Source: Clostridia bacterium (GTDB lineage: Bacteria > Bacillota > Clostridia > Christensenellales > Pumilibacteraceae). Taken from it: a DNA stretch of 38,989 bases. Within the stretch, counting starts at the first letter, position 1, and each line of letters starts with the position of its first letter. Positions 1-8,363 of this stretch are shown here, piece after piece. The DNA lies in the NCBI GenBank assembly GCA_017960845.1, contig JAGCYK010000033.1:1-38989 (forward strand). The letters run 5' to 3'. A model generated the notes under the pieces. The model was not told where the DNA came from. It was given only the letters and a program-made list of their open reading frames with translations, and made no database searches. Made by a program: the position numbers and the translations under genes.

Positions 1-357
1 AAGCAGAACCTCGTCGCAGTAAGGAAGCATTGTTCTATACATCATCGCTCCGCCTATGACAAAAACCTCTATGTCTTTGATTTCCTTGATTCTCCAGAAA
101 AACTCCTCTAAGGTTTCATACATGTCGTAGCCCATCTCGGCCGCTCTATTCTTATCTCCGCCCGGCCAAAGCACAATATTCAGCCTGTTTTTAAGCGGCT
201 TTCCTCCGGGAAAGGATAGAAGCGTATTAGAACCCATAATAACGGCATTCCCTAGGGTTGTCTTTCTAAAGAACGCCATATCCTGCGGAAGTTCAAACAT
301 TAAGTCGTTTTTCTTTCCTATTCCCCATTTGCTGTCGCAGTGAAGTATTGCTTTCAT
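1..357 (-). CDS. folA: Dihydrofolate reductase, truncated by the window edge (C-terminus missing)
   Basis: Not in the ORF track because it is cut by the edge. My minus-strand translation from ATG at 355-357 gives MKAILHCDSKWGIGKKNDLMFELPQDMAFFRKTTLGNAVIMGSNTLLSFPGGKPLKNRLNIVL...VFVIGGAMMY. This shows the DHFR-type GIG..N.L and VIGG..Y motifs. It lies directly downstream of thyA, 11 nt away. Confidence 0.8.
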   Translation of the reverse strand, partial: MKAILHCDSKWGIGKKNDLMFELPQDMAFFRKTTLGNAVIMGSNTLLSFPGGKPLKNRLNIVLWPGGDKNRAAEMGYDMYETLEEFFWRIKEIKDIEVFVIGGAMMYRTMLPYCDEVLL

Positions 358-368
358 TTTTTATTTCC

Positions 369-1199
369 TTATATCGCTACTTCTATTTTTTTATCTAAAG
401 TATTGTATTTATAGTTTTCGAGTTTAAAATCGGATACCTTAAACTCATAAAAGTCTTTAATGTCTTTATTCATGATAAACTCAGGCGCATCGAACTGCTC
501 CTTTTCGATTATCTCCTCTACAATCGGAACGTGCCTGTCATAGATATGCGCGTCGGCAATGACGTGAACTAACTCACCCGCTTTAAGTCCGCTAACCTGC
601 GCCATCATATGAACGAGCACTGCGTATTGAACCACGTTCCAGTTATTTGCGGTAAGCATGTCCTGAGAGCGCTGATTTAAAATGCCATTAAGAGTGTCTC
701 CCGAAACATTGAAAGTCATTGAATAGGCGCACGGATAAAGATGCATTTCGCTTAGATCTGCAAAATTATAAATGTTTGTCATGATTCTACGCGACTGAGG
801 ATTGTTCTTTAGGTCATAAAGAACCCTGTCTACCTGATCGAAATACCCTTCTGTATATTTCTGCTTTACTCCTAGCTGATAGCCGTATGCCTTGCCAATA
901 GAGCCTGTTTCATCCGCCCAGCTGTCCCAAACATGCGAGCCTAGTTCATGGATGTCGTTGGACTTTTTTTGCCAGATCCATAAAAGCTCGTCTATGGCGG
1001 ACTTTAAAAAAGTCTTTCTAACCGTAATTATGGGAAACTCCTCTTGAAGGTTATATCTATTAATAAGCCCAAATTTCTTTATAGTATGCGCGGGAGTTCC
1101 ATCTTCCCAGCGCGGCCTAACTTCTAGCTTTTCATCAGAAAAGCCGGTCGAAAGAATTTCCTTTAAATTTGAAACAAAAATTTTATCTGCTTTGCTCAT
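369..1199 (-). CDS. thyA: Thymidylate synthase (ThyA type)
   Basis: 276 aa ORF with ThyA hallmarks: LWIWQKK, RRIMTNIYN, the catalytic-Cys context LYPCAYSMTF, NQRSQDM and DAHIYDRH. It is followed by folA. Confidence 0.9.
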   Translation of the reverse strand: MSKADKIFVSNLKEILSTGFSDEKLEVRPRWEDGTPAHTIKKFGLINRYNLQEEFPIITVRKTFLKSAIDELLWIWQKKSNDIHELGSHVWDSWADETGSIGKAYGYQLGVKQKYTEGYFDQVDRVLYDLKNNPQSRRIMTNIYNFADLSEMHLYPCAYSMTFNVSGDTLNGILNQRSQDMLTANNWNVVQYAVLVHMMAQVSGLKAGELVHVIADAHIYDRHVPIVEEIIEKEQFDAPEFIMNKDIKDFYEFKVSDFKLENYKYNTLDKKIEVAI

Positions 1200-1578
1200 C
1201 GGTTTCCTCCATAGCTCTATGCTGAATATATTTTAGTCTTTCCGTTTTGCCGGATAAGTGCAAATAGCCGATTAATGCTTCTAAAGCGGTTGCGTTCATG
1301 TAATCGGCCGCTGTTGCATTTTTTGCTTTGTTTGCCGGATGCGAGTTTCTTGCCCTATGCGCAATATTTTTTTCATCTTCGGTCAGCTCGCCCTCTATTT
1401 TGCGATAAGCCTTTGCCTGGGCGGTTGCACACACATAACCCTTGCAATAGTTGTTTATTTTATTGGGCTTTGCGTCCATAATTTCAAGCGCTCTTTCTCT
1501 AACAAATAATGTGTAAACACTATCCCCAATAAATGCTAGCGTTAGGGCGCTAAGCTGTATAACTTTACTCTCTTCCAT
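1183..1578 (-). CDS. mrnC: Mini-ribonuclease III (RNase III-domain protein)
   Basis: 131 aa. It has LAFIGDSVYTLFVRE (RNase III signature-like) and ATALEALIGYL, and the size is typical of Mini-III. It overlaps the thyA start by 17 nt. Confidence 0.75.
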   Translation of the reverse strand: MEESKVIQLSALTLAFIGDSVYTLFVRERALEIMDAKPNKINNYCKGYVCATAQAKAYRKIEGELTEDEKNIAHRARNSHPANKAKNATAADYMNATALEALIGYLHLSGKTERLKYIQHRAMEETDEQSR

Positions 1579-1772
1579 TCTTAAAAGAGTATATCAAAAG
1601 CAAGGGTGTTTTGCAATGCTTAAGGTAAAAACCAAGGCTGAAAGCTATTTGTTTTTTTGTTATGTGAAAATATAAATATATATGAAAAAATATTTCAATC
1701 GTCTTGCACTTTGCCTTGCGTTTGAATATAATTTTTATAAACAATAAAATGCACAAAAATGGAGGAGAAAAA

Positions 1773-2138
1773 ATGAAAAAGGCTATTAGAATTTCAGCTG
1801 CAGTTTTGCTTGTGGTTCTCGCACTTTCTCTTATCGCTTGCGGAAGCGTTTCAAAAGACTATGCAGACAAAATCAACAATGCGGCTAAAAACAAAGAACA
1901 TCTTACCTATTCTGCTGTTATTGGCGATTTAGGCGATCCCGCAGTAAATGGTGTTGCTACTCTTGGCGGCTCCGGAGAAAGCGGCGTATGCATTTGGTAC
2001 AAAGGATGCAAGACAGTTAGTGAGGCAAAAGAGAAGAAAGATAAGGGCGAGAAAATTGAGTCAATCACTATCACCTTCCTTGACGGAAAGGCTACCGCTG
2101 CAGTATACCTTGCTGATGCAGACCCTGATGCAAAGTAA
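1773..2138 (+). CDS. Small secreted lipoprotein, function unknown
   Basis: The internal ATG at 1773 is preceded by GGAGGAG (1761-1767). The N-terminus MKKAIRISAAVLLVVLALSLIACGS carries a lipobox (LIAC). The longer track ORF from 1704 lacks an RBS. Confidence 0.7.
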   Translation: MKKAIRISAAVLLVVLALSLIACGSVSKDYADKINNAAKNKEHLTYSAVIGDLGDPAVNGVATLGGSGESGVCIWYKGCKTVSEAKEKKDKGEKIESITITFLDGKATAAVYLADADPDAK

Positions 2139-2167
2139 TAATTAACTTTAATAGTATCTAGAAAAAA

Positions 2168-2196
2168 GGACTTCTACTCAGGAAGTTCTTTTTTTT
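2168..2196 (+). terminator. Rho-independent terminator after the lipoprotein gene
   Basis: Stem GGACTTC/GAAGTTC (7 bp, one G-U pair) with a 7 nt loop, followed by T8. Confidence 0.6.
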
Positions 2197-2226
2197 ATTT
2201 TTTTTCTTGCATATATTTTCTTTTGT

Positions 2227-2256
2227 TTGACTTGCTTTTTTTATTTATGATATTAT
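2227..2256 (+). promoter_or_regulatory. Sigma-A-like promoter (TTGACT, 18 nt spacer, TATTAT)
   Basis: The -35 box TTGACT is at 2227-2232 and the -10 box TATTAT at 2251-2256. It sits upstream of the leader of the J-domain gene. Confidence 0.45.
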
Positions 2257-2332
2257 GAATTTGCAAATGAGAGAAACATATTTTCTCTGTCATCTTGCAT
2301 CATTTGTTTGAATACATTTTCCCCCTTATCAT

Positions 2333-2380
2333 ACGAATCCGTTGTGTGGCGTAGATCCCACGGTGGATTCGTTGTTTTTC
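2333..2380 (+). promoter_or_regulatory. Strong plus-strand-specific hairpin plus U-tract (terminator/attenuator) in the 5' leader of the J-domain gene
   Basis: ACGAATCCGTTGTG (2333-2346) pairs with CACGGTGGATTCGT (2359-2372). The stem includes three consecutive G-U pairs, so it forms only in the plus-strand RNA. It is followed by TGTTTTTC and ends 16 nt before the ATG at 2396. Confidence 0.5.
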
Positions 2381-2395
2381 TAGAGGTATCCCAAG

Positions 2396-2842
2396 ATGAA
2401 AAACTACTACAAGGTTCTTAATGTAAAAGAAACAGCTACCGAAAGCGAAATTCGCAAGGCTTATTTTACTCTGGCTAAAGAGTATCATCCTGATTTAAAT
2501 TCAAATGATGAAGAAAAAATAAAGCGCTTCGATGAAATAACTAAGGCTTTCCATTTTTTACAAAGCCCACTTAACAGAATGGGCCTTGACGCAGAGCTTC
2601 GCGCAGCAAGAAAAAGCGAGCCCGCTCCTAATAAAAATGTGGAAAGCGCTCCGCCTAGTAGCAATGCAAGTCTAGCCGAGATAAATAGTATTTATGCAAA
2701 TCAACTAAATGAATATGAGCTGCTTTTAAAAAACCTGCTTAAAGAAGCCTCTGGCGGGGCAATTCCAATTACAACCGAGAAAGAAAAAGAAATACTTAAA
2801 ACTATCCGGAAGAATAAAATAAAAAGATCAAAACTTAATTAA
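2396..2842 (+). CDS. J-domain (DnaJ-like) protein without Zn-finger or C-terminal DnaJ domains
   Basis: 148 aa. The N-terminus YYKVLNVKETATESEIRKAYFTLAKEYHPDLN contains the HPD motif. The rest is low-complexity and Lys-rich. Confidence 0.75.
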   Translation: MKNYYKVLNVKETATESEIRKAYFTLAKEYHPDLNSNDEEKIKRFDEITKAFHFLQSPLNRMGLDAELRAARKSEPAPNKNVESAPPSSNASLAEINSIYANQLNEYELLLKNLLKEASGGAIPITTEKEKEILKTIRKNKIKRSKLN

Positions 2843-2845
2843 TTA

Positions 2846-2887
2846 GAAAGCTCCCTTCTTTTGCGATTAAATCGAGGGAGCTTTTTT
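2846..2887 (+). terminator. Rho-independent terminator after the J-domain gene
   Basis: AAAGCTCCCT...AGGGAGCTTT inverted repeat followed by TTTTT. Confidence 0.6.
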
Positions 2888-2891
2888 AGAC

Positions 2892-2931
2892 AAAAAACAA
2901 AAGAGCGACTTTCCTTAAAAAAGCCGCTCTT
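2892..2931 (-). terminator. Rho-independent terminator after tuf
   Basis: The minus strand reads AAGAGCGGC-loop-GTCGCTCTT followed by TTGTTTTTT, just downstream of the tuf stop. Confidence 0.6.
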
Positions 2932-2951
2932 TATTACTAATTCACTTTAAA

Positions 2952-4151
2952 TTACTTTGTGATCTTAGAAACGACACCTGAACCGATTGTTCTGCCGCCT
3001 TCACGGATAGCGAAACGAAGTTTCTCTGCCATAGCAACAGGAGCAATAAGCTGAACCTTGATGGTTACGTTGTCGCCAGGCATTGCCATTTCACGTCCGT
3101 CAGGGAACTCGATTGTTCCGGTAACGTCTGTGGTTCTGAAATAGAACTGAGGACGATATCCCTTGAAGAAAGGAGTCTTTCTTCCACCCTCGTCAGCTTT
3201 AAGAACGTAAATCTGTCCTTCGAACTCTGAGTGAGGAGTAACTGAACCGGGCTTTGCGATAACCTGTCCACGCTCAACGTCTTTACGATCGATACCACGA
3301 AGAAGGATACCAGCGTTGTCTCCGGCCTGAGCGAAGTCAAGTGACTTTCTGAACATTTCGATACCTGTTACAACAGATGTCTTTGTTGCTTTAAGTCCAA
3401 CGATTTCGATAGGATCCTGGATCTTGCAGACACCGCGCTCTACTCTACCAGTAACAACGGTTCCACGACCAGTGATTGTGAATACGTCTTCAACAGGCAT
3501 AAGGAAAGGTTTGTCTGTGTCACGAGTGGGCTCAGGGATATAGCTGTCAACAGCATCCATAAGTTCGAAGATGCACTTGCAAGCGTCGCTGTCAACATTA
3601 CCTGCTGTAGCTGCTTCAAGAGCTTTAAGAGCGGAACCCTTAACGATAGGGCAATCATCGCCAAAGCCATTTGCATCAAGAAGATCACGGATTTCCATTT
3701 CTACGAGCTCAAGAAGCTCGGGATCATCCATCTGATCGCACTTGTTAAGGAATACAACGATCTTGGGAACGCCTACCTGGCGAGCAAGAAGGATGTGCTC
3801 CTTTGTCTGGGGCATTGCACCGTCTGTAGCAGCAACAACAAGGATTGCGCCGTCCATCTGTGCAGCACCAGTAATCATGTTCTTTACGTAATCGGCATGG
3901 CCCGGGCAGTCAACGTGTGCATAGTGACGCTTTGCGGTCTCATACTCAACGTGTGCAGTATTAATTGTTATACCTCTTGCCTTCTCCTCGGGAGCCTTGT
4001 CGATATCTTCATATCTCATCTTCTGAGAAAGTCCCTTAGCTGCAAGAGTCATGGTTATAGCAGCGGTAAGGGTAGTCTTACCATGGTCAACGTGACCGAT
4101 GGTTCCGATATTGACGTGCGGTTTGCTACGGTCAAATTTAGCCTTTGCCAT
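2952..4151 (-). CDS. tuf: Elongation factor Tu
   Basis: 399 aa with an unmistakable EF-Tu sequence ([27 protein letters not shown]). TAA stop. Confidence 0.98.
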   Translation of the reverse strand: MAKAKFDRSKPHVNIGTIGHVDHGKTTLTAAITMTLAAKGLSQKMRYEDIDKAPEEKARGITINTAHVEYETAKRHYAHVDCPGHADYVKNMITGAAQMDGAILVVAATDGAMPQTKEHILLARQVGVPKIVVFLNKCDQMDDPELLELVEMEIRDLLDANGFGDDCPIVKGSALKALEAATAGNVDSDACKCIFELMDAVDSYIPEPTRDTDKPFLMPVEDVFTITGRGTVVTGRVERGVCKIQDPIEIVGLKATKTSVVTGIEMFRKSLDFAQAGDNAGILLRGIDRKDVERGQVIAKPGSVTPHSEFEGQIYVLKADEGGRKTPFFKGYRPQFYFRTTDVTGTIEFPDGREMAMPGDNVTIKVQLIAPVAMAEKLRFAIREGGRTIGSGVVSKITK

Positions 4152-4310
4152 TTTTAAATTCCTCCAAACAATTTTTCAATAAAATATTTATTCTGTGAGT
4201 CTCTACATTATATATTAAGATTTTATATCTTGTAAAGGATTTTTAGTTAGATATTAGCATGGTCGATGCTTAAAAAGTCTCATTTTAAGCGATTTTCAGC
4301 AAACTAACTA

Positions 4311-6410
4311 TTACTTTTTAGCTCTCTCTCCGATAATCTTCTCGGCGATGTTTCTAGGTACCTCTGAGTAGTGGTCAAACTCCATTGTGTAGTTTCCTCT
4401 TCCCTGAGTATTAGAACGAAGGTCTGTTGCGTAACCAAACATTTCTGAAAGGGGCACTTCTGCCTTTATTTCATGAGTTCCGTTAACGATTTCAGTTCCC
4501 TGAAGATTTCCACGGCGGCGAACGATGTCACCCTGAACCGCTCCGAGATAATCCTCCGGAATTGTAACTTCAACCTTCATGATCGGCTCAAGAATAACGG
4601 GGTTAGCCTTGATGATTCCCTCTTTAAATGCCATAGATCCAGCGATGTGGAATGCCATTTCTGAAGAGTCTACCTCGTGGTAACTTCCGTCGTAAACGGT
4701 TGCCTTGAAGTCAACTGTCTCGTATCCTGCAAGAACACCGCTCATGCGAGCTTCTGCAATACCTTCGTTAACAGGCTGAATGAATTCTTTAGGAATTGAT
4801 CCACCAACTGTTTCGTCTGCAAACTGATATCCGCTGCCCGGCTCGAGAGGTTCGAAACGTACTTTACAATGTCCGTACTGACCTTTACCACCAGACTGCT
4901 TGATATATTTTCCTTCTGCTTCGATTGCTTTTCTGAATGTCTCGCGGTATGCAACCTGAGGCTTACCTACGTTTGCTTCTACTTTGAATTCTCTTAAAAG
5001 TCTGTCGACTATAATTTCAAGGTGAAGCTCGCCCATTCCGGCAATGATTGTCTGGCCTGTTTCCTGGTCTGTGTATGTCTTGAATGTAGGGTCTTCTTCT
5101 GCAAGTTTTGCAAGCGCAAGTCCCATTTTCTCCATTCCGGCCTTTGTCTTAGGCTCGATAGCAACTCTAATAACCGGATCGGGGAAGTCCATAGACTCGA
5201 GCACGATAGGCTTGCTCTCGTCGCAAAGCGTATCGCCTGTTGTAGTATCCTTAAGTCCAACGATTGCGCAGATGTCACCTGAGCAAATCTGTCCGATTTC
5301 CTGTCTTGAGTTAGCGTGCATCAAAACGATACGTGAAACTCTTTCCTTTCTGCCCTTTGTTGAGTTAAGAACGTATGAACCTGTTGAAAGGGTTCCAGAG
5401 TAGCAACGGAAGAATGCAAGCTTTCCTACGAACGGGTCTGTCATGATCTTGAATGCTAGACCTGAGAAAGGTGCGGAGTCGCTTGTCTCGCGGCTTTCTT
5501 CCTCACCGCTATCAGGATTCTGTCCCTTTACAGGGGGAACGTCTACAGGGCTGGGAAGATAATCGATGATAGCATCAAGAAGAGGCTGAACGCCCTTGTT
5601 CTTGTAGGAAGAACCGCAAAGAACGGGGTTGATTGTCATATTGATTGTTCCCTTTCTTATTGCTGCCTTTATTTCCTCTTCGGTGAAAGATGCGCCTTCG
5701 TCTTCGAAGAATCTTTCCATGAGGTCATCATCCTGCTCTGCAACTGCTTCTAAAAGCTTTGCGCGGTATTCGTTTGCGATATCTACCATGTCTGCGGGAA
5801 TATCTTCATCGCGAACATCTTTTCCAAGATCGTCATAGTAAACTTCAGCTCTCATTTTAACGAGGTCGACGATTCCTTTAAATCCGTCCTCTTTTCCGAT
5901 GGGAAGCTCGATAGCTACGGGATTTGCGTGAAGTCTCTCTACCATCATCTTTATAACGTTTAAAAAGTTTGCTCCGTCTCTATCCATTTTGTTGACGTAT
6001 GCGATTCTAGGAACGTTGTACTTTGTTGCCTGGCGCCAAACTGTTTCAGACTGAGGCTGAACTCCGCCCTTAGCACAAAATACTGCAACGGCTCCATCAA
6101 GAACTTTAAGAGATCTTTCTACTTCAACGGTAAAGTCAACGTGTCCCGGAGTATCTATAATATTGATACGGGTCATCGGGCTTGTCTTTGTTTTCCAGAA
6201 TGTGGTTGTAGCAGCGGAAGTAATAGTAATTCCTCTTTCCTGCTCCTGCTCCATCCAGTCCATGGTTGCAGCGCCTTCGTGAACCTCTCCGATTTTATGA
6301 ACTTTTCCGGTATAGAAAAGGATACGCTCAGTAGTCGTTGTTTTTCCGGCGTCAATGTGCGCCATGATTCCTATATTTCTTGTATTTTCAAGTGAATATT
6401 CTCTTGCCAT
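4311..6410 (-). CDS. fusA: Elongation factor G
   Basis: 699 aa with [23 protein letters not shown] and NKMD. It holds the str-operon position between rpsG and tuf. Confidence 0.98.
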   Translation of the reverse strand: MAREYSLENTRNIGIMAHIDAGKTTTTERILFYTGKVHKIGEVHEGAATMDWMEQEQERGITITSAATTTFWKTKTSPMTRINIIDTPGHVDFTVEVERSLKVLDGAVAVFCAKGGVQPQSETVWRQATKYNVPRIAYVNKMDRDGANFLNVIKMMVERLHANPVAIELPIGKEDGFKGIVDLVKMRAEVYYDDLGKDVRDEDIPADMVDIANEYRAKLLEAVAEQDDDLMERFFEDEGASFTEEEIKAAIRKGTINMTINPVLCGSSYKNKGVQPLLDAIIDYLPSPVDVPPVKGQNPDSGEEESRETSDSAPFSGLAFKIMTDPFVGKLAFFRCYSGTLSTGSYVLNSTKGRKERVSRIVLMHANSRQEIGQICSGDICAIVGLKDTTTGDTLCDESKPIVLESMDFPDPVIRVAIEPKTKAGMEKMGLALAKLAEEDPTFKTYTDQETGQTIIAGMGELHLEIIVDRLLREFKVEANVGKPQVAYRETFRKAIEAEGKYIKQSGGKGQYGHCKVRFEPLEPGSGYQFADETVGGSIPKEFIQPVNEGIAEARMSGVLAGYETVDFKATVYDGSYHEVDSSEMAFHIAGSMAFKEGIIKANPVILEPIMKVEVTIPEDYLGAVQGDIVRRRGNLQGTEIVNGTHEIKAEVPLSEMFGYATDLRSNTQGRGNYTMEFDHYSEVPRNIAEKIIGERAKK

Positions 6411-6425
6411 TGAGGTCTTCTCCTA

Positions 6426-6896
6426 TCACCAACGGAAATGAGCAAAAGCTTTGTTTGCCTCTGCCATTCTATGCATCTCTTCCTTGCGCTTAAATGCAGC
6501 ACCGGTAGAATTGTATGCGTCCAAAAGCTCTGCTGCGAGCTTTTCTTTCATTGTCTTTTCGCCGCGCTTGCGTGAAAAAGAAACAAGCCAACGAATCCCG
6601 AGCGTCTGACGACGTGCAGGAGCAATTTCAAGGGGCACCTGGTAAGTAGAACCACCTACTCTGCGCGCCTTAACTTCAAGCTGGGGCTTAACGTTTTCAA
6701 GTGCTTTGTTGAAAACATCCATAGCCTCCGCGCCTGTCTTTTCTTTTAATATATCGAAAGCATCGTAAACAATTTGCTGAGCGATGCCTTTTTTACCGTC
6801 AAGCATAACCTGGTTTATAAGCTTGGTAACAACCTTGCTTCCATAAACAGGATCCGGTAATACGTCCCTCTTGGGAACGCCACTTCTTCTGGGCAT
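6426..6896 (-). CDS. rpsG: 30S ribosomal protein S7
   Basis: [20 protein letters not shown]... gives 156 aa from the internal ATG at 6896. The track ORF's 21-aa N-terminal extension is not S7-like. Confidence 0.95.
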   Translation of the reverse strand: MPRRSGVPKRDVLPDPVYGSKVVTKLINQVMLDGKKGIAQQIVYDAFDILKEKTGAEAMDVFNKALENVKPQLEVKARRVGGSTYQVPLEIAPARRQTLGIRWLVSFSRKRGEKTMKEKLAAELLDAYNSTGAAFKRKEEMHRMAEANKAFAHFRW

Positions 6897-7028
6897 GATT
6901 CTTGTCCTCCTTATAAAAAATAGTGTTTTTGTCGGATAATTAACCGACCTTTGAGGCATCTTTTTATTAGGAGAATAAGTCCAAAGAAAAATCTGCCTTT
7001 GCTTAATGATTCCCTTCTAAATAATCGC

Positions 7029-7400
7029 TTATTTAGGGCGCTTAGCGCCATACTTCGAGCGGGCTTGCATGCGTTTAGCCACACCGTTGGTGTCGAATGC
7101 ACCGCGGATAATGTGATACCTTACGCCTGGCAAATCCTTCACTCTGCCGCCACGAACTAGCACGACGCTGTGTTCCTGCAAGTTGTGTCCTATTCCGGGA
7201 ATATAAACAGTACCTTCCATCTTGTTTACAAGACGTACACGCGCAATCTTTCTGAGTGCGGAGTTAGGCTTCTTGGGGGTCGCCGTTTTAACGCTGAGAC
7301 AAACTCCGCGCTTTTGGGGACAAGAATCGAGAAGAGGGGAAACCGACTTCTTAACGCTAGCCTCACGGCCCTTACGAATTAACTGGTTTATAGTGGGCAT
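7029..7400 (-). CDS. rpsL: 30S ribosomal protein S12
   Basis: [13 protein letters not shown]...[10 protein letters not shown]...[15 protein letters not shown], 123 aa. Confidence 0.97.
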   Translation of the reverse strand: MPTINQLIRKGREASVKKSVSPLLDSCPQKRGVCLSVKTATPKKPNSALRKIARVRLVNKMEGTVYIPGIGHNLQEHSVVLVRGGRVKDLPGVRYHIIRGAFDTNGVAKRMQARSKYGAKRPK

Positions 7401-7494
7401 GTTACTCTACCTCCTTTGATAGTATTGCCGTCTTTGCCCGCCGGCTTGAAACCGATGCAAAGACAAACCTGTGCCTAAAAGCACAGGCTAGTTG

Positions 7495-7524
7495 ATTATA
7501 TTTAATCGTCAAGGGTATTGTCAA
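7495..7524 (-). promoter_or_regulatory. str-operon promoter (TTGACA, 18 nt spacer, TATAAT) ahead of a structured leader
   Basis: Minus strand: -35 TTGACA at 7519-7524 and -10 TATAAT at 7495-7500. The leader contains a perfect hairpin CCTGTGC/GCACAGG (7468-7487) and a longer GTCTTTGC...GCAAAGAC stem. Confidence 0.55.
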
Positions 7525-7595
7525 GCAAATTTTAGTTTGATGCAAAATTAGAATGTTCTTTTTCTCACCTTAAAATAGCTACTATATATTATTTA

Positions 7596-8339
7596 TTACG
7601 AAAATATAACATAAAACCTGCGTCGGCACCAAGGCCCAGTGCCACTAGCGCCGAAATGACTATAAATGTTTTGACTAGCGCCCAGATTATTCCAAAAAGT
7701 TAGTTTCACGGCAAGATGCATTTTTTCTCCGCTCCCAAGCAGCACCTCTCCGCCGTAAAGCATAACGGCCTCACGTCGCACCTGCCCTCCGGAGCCTTCT
7801 GCTAGAAAAACACCTTCCCCGTCGCTGTAATCAAAGGCGCTAGAAAAATCTGCGCTTGTTACAGAGTCGCCAGCCGTAGAGATTTGTTTGGCTAGAACTT
7901 TTATTTGCGTAGACAGCCAGTACTCATCTCCGCCAACTAAAATCGATGTTTCTTCTATCTCGCTTGGCCTATCTAAACCAATGGAAGAAATGCTAATCGT
8001 TCTATCCGACGCATTGAAAACCTCGAGAATTATGGTCTCGCTAGCCCCCGGCAGGTCAAAGAAAAACGGCACCGTTCCTACCTCTGTCATGTCTCCAAGC
8101 CCTACTACGCTATTATCTCTCATTGCGTAGCCACTAACAAGTATTTCCTTTTTTGGCGCGCTTAAATTGATTCCGCCGCCATGTGTTTGATGGTTTGACG
8201 AGAACCAGCCAAGACCACTGCCAAACAGCAAAAAGCCACTTAGCAGCATTGCGCAAAATAATGTCGCAATGGAGATTAAACTAAAAAGCGCGCCTTTAAA
8301 TAGTCCTTTCTCGCTACTCTTATCGTTGCCCTTTTTCAT
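7596..8339 (-). CDS. Small secreted/anchored protein with a TasA/SipW-type N-terminal motif (GLGWFSSN); possible TasA/camelysin-like subunit
   Basis: 247 aa. It has one N-terminal hydrophobic helix followed by GSGLGWFSSN. The mature part is beta-rich (LPGASETIILEVFNASDRTISISS, KLTFWNNLGASQN). It is the last gene of the cluster. Confidence 0.5.
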   Translation of the reverse strand: MKKGNDKSSEKGLFKGALFSLISIATLFCAMLLSGFLLFGSGLGWFSSNHQTHGGGINLSAPKKEILVSGYAMRDNSVVGLGDMTEVGTVPFFFDLPGASETIILEVFNASDRTISISSIGLDRPSEIEETSILVGGDEYWLSTQIKVLAKQISTAGDSVTSADFSSAFDYSDGEGVFLAEGSGGQVRREAVMLYGGEVLLGSGEKMHLAVKLTFWNNLGASQNIYSHFGASGTGPWCRRRFYVIFS

Positions 8340-8363
8340 TCCACTTTTCCCCTATTATTCACG

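Noticed and set aside
3065-6395. Many 60-120 aa ORFs inside tuf and fusA, either antisense or out of frame (for example 3795..4157 +, 5044..5403 +, 5009..5278 -, 6141..6395 +)
   Set aside because: They lie wholly inside two of the most conserved bacterial genes. They have no RBS, and their Ser/Leu/Cys-rich composition is what off-frame reading of these genes would give.
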